In this document: piece after piece, positions 17,471 to 31,466 of the stretch | Layout of the letters: each line of letters opens with the position of its first letter | How positions within the stretch are numbered: position 1 is the stretch's first letter | From: an uncultured Chloroflexia bacterium | Lineage (GTDB): Bacteria; Chloroflexota; Limnocylindria; Limnocylindrales; CSP1-4 | NCBI GenBank assembly: GCA_963734995.1 | Contig: CAVTJD010000004.1 | Coordinates: 23,910 to 87,909 of the forward strand | Length of the DNA: 64,000 bases | Direction of reading: 5' to 3' | Position numbers and translations under genes: made by a program | Notes under the pieces: generated by a model | Told to the model about the DNA's origin: nothing | What the model saw: only the letters and a program-made list of their open reading frames with translations | Databases searched by the model: none

Positions 17471-20400
17471 GTGGCCGGACCCGCCTACGCCGAGCTGCAC
17501 TGCCACAGCCACTTCTCGTTCCTGGATGGAGCGTCGTCGCCGGCTGATCTCGTGGCTCGGGCAGCGGAGCTGGGTCTGAGCGGGCTGGCGATCACCGATC
17601 ACCAGGGCCTGTACGGAGCGGTGCGGTTCTCGATGGCGGCCGACGCCGCGGGCATCCGACCTGTGATCGGGATCGAGATCGAGCTCCAGGATCCGGTCGT
17701 GCCGGATGCTGCCGGCATCGTGATCCCGGCGCGCCGAGCGTGGCGACCCGGACGGCGGGTCTCCGTGGAGGCCGCCGGATCGCGGGCCATCGACGGGCGC
17801 CCGGATCGGCCCCGTCCCGAGCGTGCGCGACTTCCCGGTCATCGTGCGGTGGTCAAGGAGGACCAGCGCGGGGTGGGCGAGACAGGGCGTGACCCGCATC
17901 TGGTGCTGCTGGCCCGTGACGCAACCGGCTGGCGGAGCCTGTGCCGCCTCGTGTCGCGGGCGAACCTGGCCGGCACGAAGGGCGTCCCTCGGTTCACCCA
18001 GGCGCTGCTTGCCGAGCACACGGAGGGGCTGATCGCGCTGTCGGGCTGCCGGCACGGGGAGCTGGCGCGCCGGCTCCGAGCCGGCGACCGATCCGGGGCC
18101 AGGGCCGCCGCCGAGCGGTACGCGCGACTGTTCGCTGATGGATCGGGTGCGGGTGGCGACACGGCTGCCCGGTGCGGCTTCTTCGTGGAGCTCTCGCACC
18201 ACCTGCTCCCGGACGACGACTGGCTGGTGTCGGAGGCGGCCCGTCTCGCCGACGAGCTGGGCCTGCCGGTCGTGGTGACCAACGACGCCCACTACGCGCT
18301 GCCGGCGGACCGTGAGCTCCAGGACGTGCTGACCGCCATCCGTCACGGGCGAGCGGTGGAGCAGCTGCGAGACCTCCGCCGACCCGACGGTGAGTCGTAC
18401 CTCAAGTCCGGCGCCGAGCTGCTGGCGATGCCGCCCGGGGAGCCCGCAACGGCAGCCGTGGATTCGGTCGCTGCCCGGGCCTGGCGCGAAGGCGTCGCCG
18501 CCTCGGTCGAGATCGCAGCCGCCTGCCGGGTGGATCTCGTGTTCGAGCGCTACCGGTTCCCCGGGTTCGAGGTGCCGGCCGGCGAGACGCCGTTCAGCCA
18601 TCTGTCCGAGCTGTGCTGGGAAGGGGCTCGCCGTCGCTATCACCCGCTGACGCCGGCCGTGGTGCGGCAGCTCGCTCACGAGCTGGACGTGATCGAGAAG
18701 ACCGGCCTTGCCGAGTTCTTTCTGATCTGCTGGGACCTGATGCGGTTCGCGAGGTCGCGCGGGATCCCGGCCCAGGGACGCGGCAGCGCTGCGGACTCGA
18801 TCGTGGCCTACGTGCTGGGGATCACGCGGGTCGACCCCATCCGGCACGAGCTGCTGTTCGAGCGGTTCATCAACGAGGGCCGGACCGCATACCCGGACGT
18901 GGACATCGACTTCAGCTCCGCGCGGCGGGAGGAGGTGATCCAGTACGTCTACCAGCGCTACGGCACCGAGCACACGGGGATGGTCTGCAACCTCGTCACG
19001 TACCGGGCACGGTCGGCGGTGCGCGAGGTGGGCTACGCGCTCGGGTTCCCGCGACCGCTGGTCGACCGCGTCGCCAAGGCGCTCGAGACGTACGACTCGG
19101 TGATGGTCCGCCGGGACCTCGAGGCCGAAGGCGGCTTCGCCCAGTTCTTCGCACGACCGGGCGAGGCACCGGGCGATGGCGTGGCAGGCGGGGAGCGGCG
19201 ACTGGCCGCCGAGACGACCGTGACCGGTGCGGCATCGCTGGCCGGTGCCCGTGGTCTGACCGATGCGATGGGCCAGCTCAACCACGAGCGTGGCGGGCAC
19301 TACCGGGGCGGTGAACGCCAGGAGGCTCCGCCCGTCGCCGGTACTCGGTCTGCCGACCGTACTCCGCCCGCCGCCGGAACACGGCCCGCTGATCGTGCCG
19401 GGCATCGGGCCCGCGCCTGGGCACCGAGCGAGGATGAGGGCGGCCCCGGCGATTCCCCGGTGAGCGAACGCTGGATCCGCGAGGGGCCACCAACGCGGAC
19501 GCTCGAACGACGGCGGGACGCCCGCGCCGCCATGGACCGCGAGGTCGCCCACCGGCTGGATCCCGAGAGCGGCGTGTTGCTGCCAGCTGACCGCCGGTTC
19601 GATGCGCGTCCGGCGGGGTACAGCAGCGTGGCGCGCGTGGAGCCGCTCCCCGCACCGGACCGCAGCCGTCATCGAGGCTCGGTGGCCCATCTTTCGGACT
19701 GGGAACGCTGGCTCGAGCTGTGCGCCCGGATCGACGGCTTCCCGCGCCATCTCTCCATCCACTCCGGCGGGATGCTCGTCACCGCCGCCCCGCTCATCGA
19801 CATCGTTCCCATCGAGCGCGCGACGATGAAGGACCGTGTCGTCGTTCAGTACGACAAGCGCGACGTCGAGACGATGAAGCTGATCAAGCTCGACCTGCTC
19901 GGTCTGGGCATGCTGGCCGCCATCGACGAGACGCTCCGGCTCATCGAGCACGACTGCGCGACGTGTGTCGATCTCGACCGGATCCCCGAGGAGATCCCCG
20001 AGGTGTTCGAGATGCTCCAGGCCGCCGACACGGTCGGCGTGTTCCAGGTCGAAAGCCGGGCCCAGATGCAGACGTTGCCCAAGTCGAGGCCCCGCAACCT
20101 CGACGACCTCGTGGTGGAGGTGGCGATCATCAGGCCCGGGCCGATCCAGGGCAACGCCGTCCATCCCTACCTGCGGCGCAAGCAGGGCCTCGAGCCCGTG
20201 AGCTATCTCCATCCCAGCCTCGAGCCGATCCTCCACGACAGCCTGGGCGTGATCCTGTACCAGGAGCAGGTGATGAAGATCGCGATCGACGTCGCGGGCT
20301 TCACGCCGGCGGGCTCTGACGCGTTCCGGCGCGCGATGGGCACCTGGCGCTCCACGCACGAGATGGAGAAGCTTCACGCCCAGTTCGTCGAGGGCTGCGT

Positions 20401-21679
20401 CCGCGTCCAGGACATGGCGCGCGACGATGCCGAGGAGCTGTTTCGCCAGTGCGCGGCGTTCGCCAGCTTCGGCTTCGCGAAGAGTCACGCCGCCGCGTTC
20501 GCCCGGACGGCGTACGAGTCGAGCTTCCTCAAGCTGTTCTATCCGGCCCAGTTCGTGATCGGGCTGATCAACGCTCAGCCGATGGGCTTCTACCCGGTCG
20601 AGGTGCTGGTCAACGACGCGAAGCGTCACGGCGTGGCCGTGCTTCCGGTGGACATCAGCCGGAGCTCCTGGCGAACCACCACCGAGTGGGTCGGGCGACC
20701 GGGCTGGGCGCTGGCCGGGGCAGCAGGCGATGCGGGGTTGCGCGACGGTGACGAGGGCGAGCCGCTGCCCGAGGGGTGTGGGATCGAGGACCGGCCGGCG
20801 CCGGTGCGCTCGAGCGCGTGCGTGCTCCCCAGGACCGCCGCCCGGGAGCGCTGGGCGGCGGAGGGCGTGACCGGCTGGGGCGTCAGGCTGGGTCTGCACC
20901 TGGTCAAGGGGATCGGCGAGGAGCGACAGGCGAGGCTCGATACGGAGCTGGCGCGCGGGCCGTACACGTCGCTGGCCGATGTGGTGGAGCGAACGGGCCT
21001 GCCGGAGGAGGTCGTCGAGCGATTGGTCCGGGCGGGGGCGCTGGATTCGCTGGGGCGGCCGAGAAGGGAGCTGCTGTGGCAGCTGCGTGAGGTCGCGGGG
21101 GCGACGAAGGGACGCCTGGACGGGCGGACCGTGCGTGGGGCCGGGGCCGCCGCTCGCCGTGCGGCGGGGCGCCCGATGGACCTGCGCCTGCCGGCCACCG
21201 AGGCCCCGCCACTCCCCGGGGTCACGGAGTCGGAACGGCTGGGCGATGCCTACGCGGTGATGGGGCTCGATGCACGCCGGCAGGCCGTTGGCCTGTTCCG
21301 CGGCGCGCTCGATCGGCTGGGAGCGGTGACCAACGCGGCACTGTCGGATCGGCAACCCGGGTCGGTTCGGATCGGCGGGCTGGTCGTGACGAGGCAGCAT
21401 CCGATGACGGCGCGGGGCACGGTGTTTCTGGCGCTCGAGGACGAGACCGGGATGGTCAACGTCACCCTGTGGCCGGACGCCTGGCAGCGGCTCCGATCAG
21501 TGGTTCGGCGTCACGCTCTGTTGCTGGTTGACGGGGATCTTCAGCGGGAGGCGAACGTGATCAATGTCGTGGCGCGCTCGGTGACCCCGTTGATCGAGGC
21601 GGCCGGGACAGCCGGCGGACCCACCTCGCCCGTCGGCGTGAAGGCGATCGGACAGGCCGGGTTGCGGCGGCTCGGCTAG
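17471..21679 (+). CDS. dnaE2: error-prone DNA polymerase DnaE2 (ImuC) with large low-complexity insertions
   Basis: PHP domain YAELHCHSHFSFLDGAS...ITDHQGLYG; polymerase core FPRHLSIHSGGMLVT, QVESRAQM; GTG start preceded by GGAGAG; the upstream ATG at 17432 lies inside the LexA box. Confidence 0.8.
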   Translation: MAGPAYAELHCHSHFSFLDGASSPADLVARAAELGLSGLAITDHQGLYGAVRFSMAADAAGIRPVIGIEIELQDPVVPDAAGIVIPARRAWRPGRRVSVEAAGSRAIDGRPDRPRPERARLPGHRAVVKEDQRGVGETGRDPHLVLLARDATGWRSLCRLVSRANLAGTKGVPRFTQALLAEHTEGLIALSGCRHGELARRLRAGDRSGARAAAERYARLFADGSGAGGDTAARCGFFVELSHHLLPDDDWLVSEAARLADELGLPVVVTNDAHYALPADRELQDVLTAIRHGRAVEQLRDLRRPDGESYLKSGAELLAMPPGEPATAAVDSVAARAWREGVAASVEIAAACRVDLVFERYRFPGFEVPAGETPFSHLSELCWEGARRRYHPLTPAVVRQLAHELDVIEKTGLAEFFLICWDLMRFARSRGIPAQGRGSAADSIVAYVLGITRVDPIRHELLFERFINEGRTAYPDVDIDFSSARREEVIQYVYQRYGTEHTGMVCNLVTYRARSAVREVGYALGFPRPLVDRVAKALETYDSVMVRRDLEAEGGFAQFFARPGEAPGDGVAGGERRLAAETTVTGAASLAGARGLTDAMGQLNHERGGHYRGGERQEAPPVAGTRSADRTPPAAGTRPADRAGHRARAWAPSEDEGGPGDSPVSERWIREGPPTRTLERRRDARAAMDREVAHRLDPESGVLLPADRRFDARPAGYSSVARVEPLPAPDRSRHRGSVAHLSDWERWLELCARIDGFPRHLSIHSGGMLVTAAPLIDIVPIERATMKDRVVVQYDKRDVETMKLIKLDLLGLGMLAAIDETLRLIEHDCATCVDLDRIPEEIPEVFEMLQAADTVGVFQVESRAQMQTLPKSRPRNLDDLVVEVAIIRPGPIQGNAVHPYLRRKQGLEPVSYLHPSLEPILHDSLGVILYQEQVMKIAIDVAGFTPAGSDAFRRAMGTWRSTHEMEKLHAQFVEGCVRVQDMARDDAEELFRQCAAFASFGFAKSHAAAFARTAYESSFLKLFYPAQFVIGLINAQPMGFYPVEVLVNDAKRHGVAVLPVDISRSSWRTTTEWVGRPGWALAGAAGDAGLRDGDEGEPLPEGCGIEDRPAPVRSSACVLPRTAARERWAAEGVTGWGVRLGLHLVKGIGEERQARLDTELARGPYTSLADVVERTGLPEEVVERLVRAGALDSLGRPRRELLWQLREVAGATKGRLDGRTVRGAGAAARRAAGRPMDLRLPATEAPPLPGVTESERLGDAYAVMGLDARRQAVGLFRGALDRLGAVTNAALSDRQPGSVRIGGLVVTRQHPMTARGTVFLALEDETGMVNVTLWPDAWQRLRSVVRRHALLLVDGDLQREANVINVVARSVTPLIEAAGTAGGPTSPVGVKAIGQAGLRRLG

Positions 21680-22542
21680 GCGCGCGAGTTGGTCTTCATG
21701 TTGCCCCGACCGCGCTGCGCCTTCGGCGGGTGTTGCGAGCGGTTCGGGTTGGCCAGGTTGAGGAAGCGCCGGTACCAGGCGGCCAGCGACGCGAACAGCG
21801 CCGAGCCGAACGGTGCTGCAAGCAGGCCCTGCAACGCCAGGAACGGCGGCGACGATTGGCTGCCGACCGCATCCGCGTAGGCGGGGCTCAGCACGATGAC
21901 CGCGAAGCAGATCGCCGCCACCAGGCCGACCAGCGCGCCGATGAGCCAGCTCGCCTTGGGTGCCGCGAACCCCGCGAGGAACGCCGCACCCACCGGCGCA
22001 GGCATCGGGAACACGAACATCTGGAACGCGAAGTAGACCAGGGTGATCATGAGGCCGTTGGTCGCCGTTGGGGTTCCTGACAGGGTCGACGTGCCGGCGG
22101 GGACGAAGATGAAGAACAGCACGGTACAGGCGATCGCCAGTGACGCCGGCACCCAGAAGGACCAGTGCCGAACCAGCGTCGGGAGCGACTGGAAGTCGCT
22201 TCGCCAGTCGACCGGGCGCGACGCGGCCCGCATCGAGGCCACGATGCCCGGCCGCTGCGGCCGCGACGACGCGTTCTTCGACGCCTGACTGTTCCTCGAA
22301 TGCCGTGAACCTGCGTCCTCGGCCTCGACGGTCGAGTCGTCGTCCGCGGCAAGCGTGGCCTGCTCGGCGCGATGGCGGCGACGGGCCTCGGTGCGATCGG
22401 TGCGCTTCGCGCGGGCCAACGGATCCTCCAGTCGACAGCCGGTCGGGCAGCCTGCCGTCAATCGATGAGGGCAACGCGCCAGAGCGGCAATGTGCGGCGC
22501 CCGACGCGGCCTCCACCGAGTGCGGGTTCGCCGGTGCATCGT
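21676..22542 (-). CDS. hypothetical membrane protein with N-terminal Cys-rich segment
   Basis: RCPHRLTAGCPTGC near N-terminus, then about 5 hydrophobic helices (FWVPASLAIACTVLFFIFV...LVGLVAAICFAVIVL); start ambiguous. Confidence 0.4.
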   Translation of the reverse strand, partial: TMHRRTRTRWRPRRAPHIAALARCPHRLTAGCPTGCRLEDPLARAKRTDRTEARRRHRAEQATLAADDDSTVEAEDAGSRHSRNSQASKNASSRPQRPGIVASMRAASRPVDWRSDFQSLPTLVRHWSFWVPASLAIACTVLFFIFVPAGTSTLSGTPTATNGLMITLVYFAFQMFVFPMPAPVGAAFLAGFAAPKASWLIGALVGLVAAICFAVIVLSPAYADAVGSQSSPPFLALQGLLAAPFGSALFASLAAWYRRFLNLANPNRSQHPPKAQRGRGNMKTNSRA

Positions 22543-22640
22543 ACCGGGTCTTGGTCGGAAGGGTTGAGTCGGGGGTAAGGCGCCCGTCCTAGCATCGCCT
22601 CGGTCACCCGCCGCCGACGACTCCCGCCGGGAGGTCACCG

Positions 22641-25600
22641 ATGAGCCATGCCCGGATCGCGGCGGCGGCCGCGATGTCACTCGTCCTGCTCATGGCGTCG
22701 AGCGCGGTGGCGACGCCCGACACGCCGCTCACGACGGTCGAGCCCGCCTCCGTGGTCGACTGGCCGGTATCGACTGGGCTCCTGGTGGCCGAGGTCGTCA
22801 CGGGGGGCGCATCCGCATCTGACGAATATGTGGAGCTGACCAACGCGTCGACGGAGCCACTCGACCTGCTGGGGCTGGAGGTGGTGTACGTCACCGCGAC
22901 CGGCTCGACGGTCACGCGCAAGGCGGTCTGGGACAGCTCGCTCATGGTGGGACCGGGAAGACACCTGCTGTTGGCGAACGCGTCGGGCATGTTCGCCGCG
23001 GCCGCCGACGCGACGTACTCGGGCGGGTTTGCCGCCACCGGTGGGGCGATCGTGCTCCGATCCGTGGGCGGAGCCCCGATCGACGCCGTCGGCTGGGGAA
23101 CCGCCGCGAACGCGTTCGTCGAAGGGGCCGCCGCTCCCGCTCCCGACCCGGGAAGCTCCATCGAGCGCCGACCGGGCGGCACGGCGGGCAACACGATCGA
23201 CAGCAACGACAATGCGGCTGACTTCATCGCCAATCCCGAGCCGGAGGGTCGCAACCTGGCGGCCGACCCGCAGCCGCAACCCACGCCGACGCCGACACCG
23301 TCCCCGGCGCCTTCGGCAACCCTGACCCCATCGCCATCGCCGTCGCTCACGCCCGCGCCGACCGCCACGCCCGCGCCGTCGCTCACGCCCACGCCGACCG
23401 CGACCGCCACGCCGGCGCCAACCGAGTCGGTGTCCCCGTCCCCCAGCGCAACACCGTCGCCGACACCGCATCCCTCACCAACTCCGGCACCCACGGCGTC
23501 GCCGTCGCTCACGCCTGAGCCGTCGAGTGTTCCGTCGCCCAGCCCGGCTCCCACGCCCACCCCGGCGTCGGTCACCGCCATCTCTGTTGCGCGCGGTCTC
23601 GCCGACGGGTCGGACGCGACCATCCAGGGTGTCCTGACCACGTCGCTCGGAGCCCTCGAATCGGGCCGCGCCGGCTTCGTCCAGGACGCGACCGGCGGGA
23701 TCGCCCTCTACCTCGACGCGCCGTTCTCGAGCCCGATCGAGGAGGGAGCCATCGTCACGGCCTCCGGAACGGTCGGCAGCCGCTACGGCCAGCGCACGCT
23801 CCGCGTGACGACGACGTCGGTCGTCGTCGTCGGGACGGCCGAGCTTCCGGCTGCGGTCATGGTCGCGACGGGGTCCGCGACCGAACCTCTGGAAGGCCTG
23901 CGGCTCGAGGTGCGCGGAACAGTGACCGATGCGCCCTCGTCTCTCAGCGACGGCGTCGGGCTCAACGTCGATGACGGATCGGGCACGCTCAGGGTCGTCG
24001 TGGCCCCTGACGCGCTCGGCGGGCTCAGCCCGGCGCCGGGCATGATCGTTCGGGCGCAGGGTCCGCTCGGTCAGCGTGACAGCACCGGCTCCGGAACCGC
24101 CGGCTATCGGCTCTATGCGACTCTGCCCGGCGAGCTCGAGCTGAGCGCGCCCGAGCCCACACCCACATCGCCCCCATCGCCCTCGCCGTCGCCCGCGGCG
24201 AGCCCGAGCCCAAGCCCCACGCCGACCCCGAGCCCGACCCCCGCGCCAACGCCCGCGCCAACGCCCTCGATCACCCCCACGCCGGCCACGATCCACGCCG
24301 CGCGGACCGAGCCCGTCGGCACCCGGGTGACCGTCCGGGGCGTGGTGATCGCACAGAACGGTCGCCTGGGAACGCCACCCCTGTTCGCGATCGCGGACGC
24401 CACCGGGGGCATCGTTGTCCGGCTGCCTGATGGCGTGCCCGCTGCTGCCCGAGGGACGCTGGTCGAGGTCCGCGGCCCGATCGCCGACCCGTACGGCCAG
24501 ACCGAGCTCCGGCCCGGCGACGACGGCATCACCGTGCTCGGATCGGCCGACCTCCCGTCGCCGCTGGTGCTCGAGGCAGGCGGCGCCGGCGAGGACACCG
24601 AGGGACGTCTCGCGACGATCCACGGTGCCATCGCCACCTCGGCGACCCGCGCCACGAGCGGCGATCTCACGTTCACGATCACCGGTGACGACGGGGTCAC
24701 GCTCACGATCCGCGCGGACGCGTCTGCCGGCCTCGACAAGGCGACGTTCCGGAAAGGGCTCGATGGCACCTTCACGGGCGTGATCGGCCAGCGAGCGTCG
24801 CGCAAGGGAAGGCTCGACGGCTATCGGCTGTGGCTCCGCGACGCTCACGACGTCGAGCTGGCGTCGGCACCCGCGCCGTCCGACACGTCTCCGTCACCGT
24901 CGCCATCGTCGACGGATTCGGCGGCTGTCTCCACCGTCGCGGCCGCGCGGATCCGGGAGGGTCACAGGGTCACGGTCGAGGGTGTCCTGACGGTCGACCG
25001 AACGCTGCTCGACGCGACCGGCCGGCGGACGATCGTCGAGGACGCCAGCGGAGCGATCGAGGTCTACCTGTCCACGTCCGACGATTCGATCCACGCCGGC
25101 GAGGAGGTGCGGGTGACGGGGGTCGTCGGGCGGGCCTATGGCGCACCGCGCCTGAAGGCCGATGAGATCCGGGTGCTCGGCGCGCGTCAGCCGGCTGCGC
25201 ACGTGCTTCGCGGCCGGCCGAGCGCCGCGAACGAGTGGGACCTGGTCCGCGTCAGCGGAACGATCACCGATGTTCATCGCGACGGAGATCGATGGCTGGC
25301 CGAGCTCGACATCGGGGGCGGGAAGCTGCTCGTCCAGGGCCTCCCGGGAAGCTCGATCCCGTCGACGGCCGTGATCGAGGGCCGTCCGGCAACGATCACC
25401 GGGATCGTGAAACGACCCTATCCGACGGCAACCGACCGCCGCTTCTCCATTGTTCCGCGCGGACCGTCGGACATCGCTCTTGGACCAGCCGGACCGGGCA
25501 CCGGGGCCGCCGCGGGTGGCTCGTCAGTCGCCGGCGCGCCACAGGCGGTCCTCGCGATGGGCGGCGACCTGGCGCAGGCCGGTGCTCCCGACGTCGATCT

Positions 25601-26231
25601 GCGTGACCTGGCCAGCTACCTCGGCAAGCACGTTCGGGTCGGTGGGTTGGTCACCCGGAGCGCCACCGACGGGTTCGACCTCGATGATGGCACGGCGACC
25701 CGACGGGTCGTGCTGACGGGTTCGGCGATGGAGCTCGCCGGCTCCCTCGTGCCCGGCGATGCCCTCAACGCGACCGGCGTGCCGGAGTCGAGGCAGGGAA
25801 TCGTGCTGGTGGTCGGGGACGCATCGTCCATCGAGCTGGCCGGGGACTTGGGTGGCGGCTCGGCGATCGACGAGGGAGGGTCTCCAGGCGCGACGGCGGA
25901 CATGGTCACTGCCGGTGGCGCATCGGGCACGGCCGTCAGCACGGCGGCGGTCGGCAACGTTGCGTCCACGCCGATGGCGGCCATGGTCGGTGGCGCGCTG
26001 CTGCTGATCGTCATGACGTCGCTGGGCATGACGGCGGCATACCGACGCCGCGCGGAGCGACGCCTCCGCGCCCGGATCTCGGACCGTCTGGCGACAGTGG
26101 TGCGCGGCACGGCAGGGACCGACCAGGTCGCCGCTCCGGCGCCCACGGCGGTGGCATCGGCCGACGAAACCGCGCCGGCCGGCCACGGAGGGGTCGGTCT
26201 GCAGGCGCAGATCAATCGTGAATTTGCTTGA
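22641..26231 (+). CDS. large surface-anchored protein: signal peptide, Lamin-tail domain, Pro/Thr linkers, four OB-fold (tRNA_anti-like) repeats, C-terminal TM anchor
   Basis: Signal peptide [24 protein letters not shown]; LTD-like block [16 protein letters not shown]...AVGWG; four modules with OB pattern ([28 protein letters not shown]; [20 protein letters not shown]; etc.); TM helix [22 protein letters not shown] followed by RRRAERRLR. Confidence 0.7.
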   Translation: MSHARIAAAAAMSLVLLMASSAVATPDTPLTTVEPASVVDWPVSTGLLVAEVVTGGASASDEYVELTNASTEPLDLLGLEVVYVTATGSTVTRKAVWDSSLMVGPGRHLLLANASGMFAAAADATYSGGFAATGGAIVLRSVGGAPIDAVGWGTAANAFVEGAAAPAPDPGSSIERRPGGTAGNTIDSNDNAADFIANPEPEGRNLAADPQPQPTPTPTPSPAPSATLTPSPSPSLTPAPTATPAPSLTPTPTATATPAPTESVSPSPSATPSPTPHPSPTPAPTASPSLTPEPSSVPSPSPAPTPTPASVTAISVARGLADGSDATIQGVLTTSLGALESGRAGFVQDATGGIALYLDAPFSSPIEEGAIVTASGTVGSRYGQRTLRVTTTSVVVVGTAELPAAVMVATGSATEPLEGLRLEVRGTVTDAPSSLSDGVGLNVDDGSGTLRVVVAPDALGGLSPAPGMIVRAQGPLGQRDSTGSGTAGYRLYATLPGELELSAPEPTPTSPPSPSPSPAASPSPSPTPTPSPTPAPTPAPTPSITPTPATIHAARTEPVGTRVTVRGVVIAQNGRLGTPPLFAIADATGGIVVRLPDGVPAAARGTLVEVRGPIADPYGQTELRPGDDGITVLGSADLPSPLVLEAGGAGEDTEGRLATIHGAIATSATRATSGDLTFTITGDDGVTLTIRADASAGLDKATFRKGLDGTFTGVIGQRASRKGRLDGYRLWLRDAHDVELASAPAPSDTSPSPSPSSTDSAAVSTVAAARIREGHRVTVEGVLTVDRTLLDATGRRTIVEDASGAIEVYLSTSDDSIHAGEEVRVTGVVGRAYGAPRLKADEIRVLGARQPAAHVLRGRPSAANEWDLVRVSGTITDVHRDGDRWLAELDIGGGKLLVQGLPGSSIPSTAVIEGRPATITGIVKRPYPTATDRRFSIVPRGPSDIALGPAGPGTGAAAGGSSVAGAPQAVLAMGGDLAQAGAPDVDLRDLASYLGKHVRVGGLVTRSATDGFDLDDGTATRRVVLTGSAMELAGSLVPGDALNATGVPESRQGIVLVVGDASSIELAGDLGGGSAIDEGGSPGATADMVTAGGASGTAVSTAAVGNVASTPMAAMVGGALLLIVMTSLGMTAAYRRRAERRLRARISDRLATVVRGTAGTDQVAAPAPTAVASADETAPAGHGGVGLQAQINREFA

Positions 26232-26306
26232 CGGTGCTCGAATCAGGCCCCTATCCTCGGGCGCATTGTCACGCCGAACGAGCGTGACGCACGAGGAACC
26301 GACCTC

Positions 26307-27152
26307 TTGCCGAGTGTGGACGTCCGCGTCGCGATCCCCGCCGGCGACCGGCAGTACCACATCGGGCTCGGGCCCGGCGAGCTGGCTGACTACATCCTGC
26401 TCCCCGGTGACCAGGACCGGGTCGACCATGTCGCCGCGCGCTTCGACTCCGTCGAGCTTCGCCATCGCCATCGTGAGTTTGCGACCGCCACGGGAACCTA
26501 CCGGGGGGTCCGCGTCTCATGTGTGTCGACCGGGATCGGTTCCGACAACGTCGAGATCGTGATCAGCGAGATCCTCGCGATCACGGACCATCCAACCTTC
26601 ATCCGGATCGGCTCGTCCGGCGCGCTCCAGGCCGACATGCGGCTTGGGGACCTGGTCATCTCGACCGGCGCAGTCCGGCTGGAGACGACGACCAACTGGT
26701 TCGTGCACGACGGCTATCCGGCCGTCGCACACTATGAGGCCGTGCTGGCACTCGAGGAGGCGGCGGCCAGGCTGGGCCATCGGCATCACGTGGGGATCAC
26801 GGCGACGGCACCTGGGTTCTTTGGTGCGCAGGGCCGCCCGATCCCCCAGTTGCCGATCCGCTACCCTGACCTTGCCGAGGAGATGTCCCGCCAGGGCATC
26901 CTCAACTTCGAGATGGAGGCTTCGGCGGTGCTCGTGCTGGCTGGGCTCGGCGGTTGTCGTGCCGGCGTCGTGTGTGCCGTCTATGCCAATCGCAGCACCG
27001 GCGAGTTCGTCGTCGGCGATGCGCAGCAAGAGGCGGAAGCTGCCGTCGTGGATACGGGGCTCGAAAGCCTGCTGATCCTCGCGGAGCTTGACCGCCAGAA
27101 GTCAGTGGCCGGAGCGGTGCGATGGCGCCCGTCGCTCTGGGCCCAACCATGA
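26307..27152 (+). CDS. PNP/UDP family nucleoside phosphorylase
   Basis: YILLPGDQDRV, STGIGSDNVEIVISE, EMEASAV motifs of purine/uridine phosphorylase family-1; TTG/GTG start. Confidence 0.75.
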   Translation: MPSVDVRVAIPAGDRQYHIGLGPGELADYILLPGDQDRVDHVAARFDSVELRHRHREFATATGTYRGVRVSCVSTGIGSDNVEIVISEILAITDHPTFIRIGSSGALQADMRLGDLVISTGAVRLETTTNWFVHDGYPAVAHYEAVLALEEAAARLGHRHHVGITATAPGFFGAQGRPIPQLPIRYPDLAEEMSRQGILNFEMEASAVLVLAGLGGCRAGVVCAVYANRSTGEFVVGDAQQEAEAAVVDTGLESLLILAELDRQKSVAGAVRWRPSLWAQP

Positions 27153-27228
27153 GCGCCAGACCCAGCGTCCCCGCGGGTGCGAGAGGCGTCCTCTCGTGAC
27201 GCGGCCAGCGTGAGGAGGAGCGGATCCA

Positions 27229-27369
27229 ATGGCTGAGGCCTACTGCGTCAAGGACAAGATGAAGGTCGAAGTCCAGAACCCGCAGCAGATCACCATGAAG
27301 AACGGCAAGCCGGCGCTGCAGGGCACGTGCCCCAAGTGCGGCGGCAAGGTGTTCAAGATCGGCGGCTGA
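27229..27369 (+). CDS. small zinc-ribbon protein (DUF5679-like), 46 aa
   Basis: MAEAYCVKDKMKVEVQNPQQITMKNGKPALQGTCPKCGGKVFKIGG; CxxK...CPKCGGK; strong SD GAGGAGGAG 9 nt upstream; hairpin terminator downstream. Confidence 0.7.
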   Translation: MAEAYCVKDKMKVEVQNPQQITMKNGKPALQGTCPKCGGKVFKIGG

Positions 27370-27394
27370 CCGTCGGGAAATCGCCGAACACGCA

Positions 27395-27421
27395 GGGCCC
27401 TCCGGCATAGCCGAAGGGCCC
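27395..27421 (+). terminator. intrinsic terminator-like hairpin after small zinc-ribbon gene
   Basis: GGGCCCTCCGGC-ATA-GCCGAAGGGCCC (11/12 bp stem) followed by TTCGGTCGTCT. Confidence 0.5.
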
Positions 27422-27851
27422 TTCGGTCGTCTATGGGAGGGAGCCAAGGGCACGCGAAACGGGGCCGACCGTCGCGGGAGCGGATCCGGAGCTTTGCTAC
27501 CATTTCTGCGAACCCTCGATCCTCCCGTCTGCGAGGTCACGCTCTGTCCGCATCTCCGGCCGCCGCTCCTGACCTCGCCCGCGATCAAGCCGCGGAGCCA
27601 CCGGCCACGCCGCTCCACAGACGTTTCCTGACGACGCGCGCCCCGGCCGCCGGGCCCGCGCGCACATCTGGCCTCGGGGTCGCCGCTGCCGCCGCCCGTT
27701 CATCGGTCGCAGCCGCGCTCCCGATGCCGCCCCGACAGCCTCCCTCGGGTTGCCGGCTCGGGTCGGTCGTGAGGTCAACAACAACCGTTCCGTCGAGCGC
27801 GTCTGCCCAGGCGCTCGACGGCCCGCGTCCCCAGTCGAAGGAGGTCAACCG

Positions 27852-31426
<3,575 letters not shown>

Positions 31427-31466
31427 CCCTGCACGACCCGATACGCGTCCCGAAGCCGGGCAGCCT

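Noticed and set aside
17354-21400. 1348-aa minus-strand ORF antisense to dnaE2
   Set aside because: Low-complexity Arg/Pro/Gly-rich translation with no motifs. Typical stop-codon-poor antisense frame in more than 70% GC DNA. The plus strand carries an unmistakable DnaE2.
22604-23641. Gly/Val/Ala-rich minus-strand ORF and other ORFs antisense to the Pro/Thr linker of the big surface protein
   Set aside because: Mirror image of the PT-linker repeats; no independent support.
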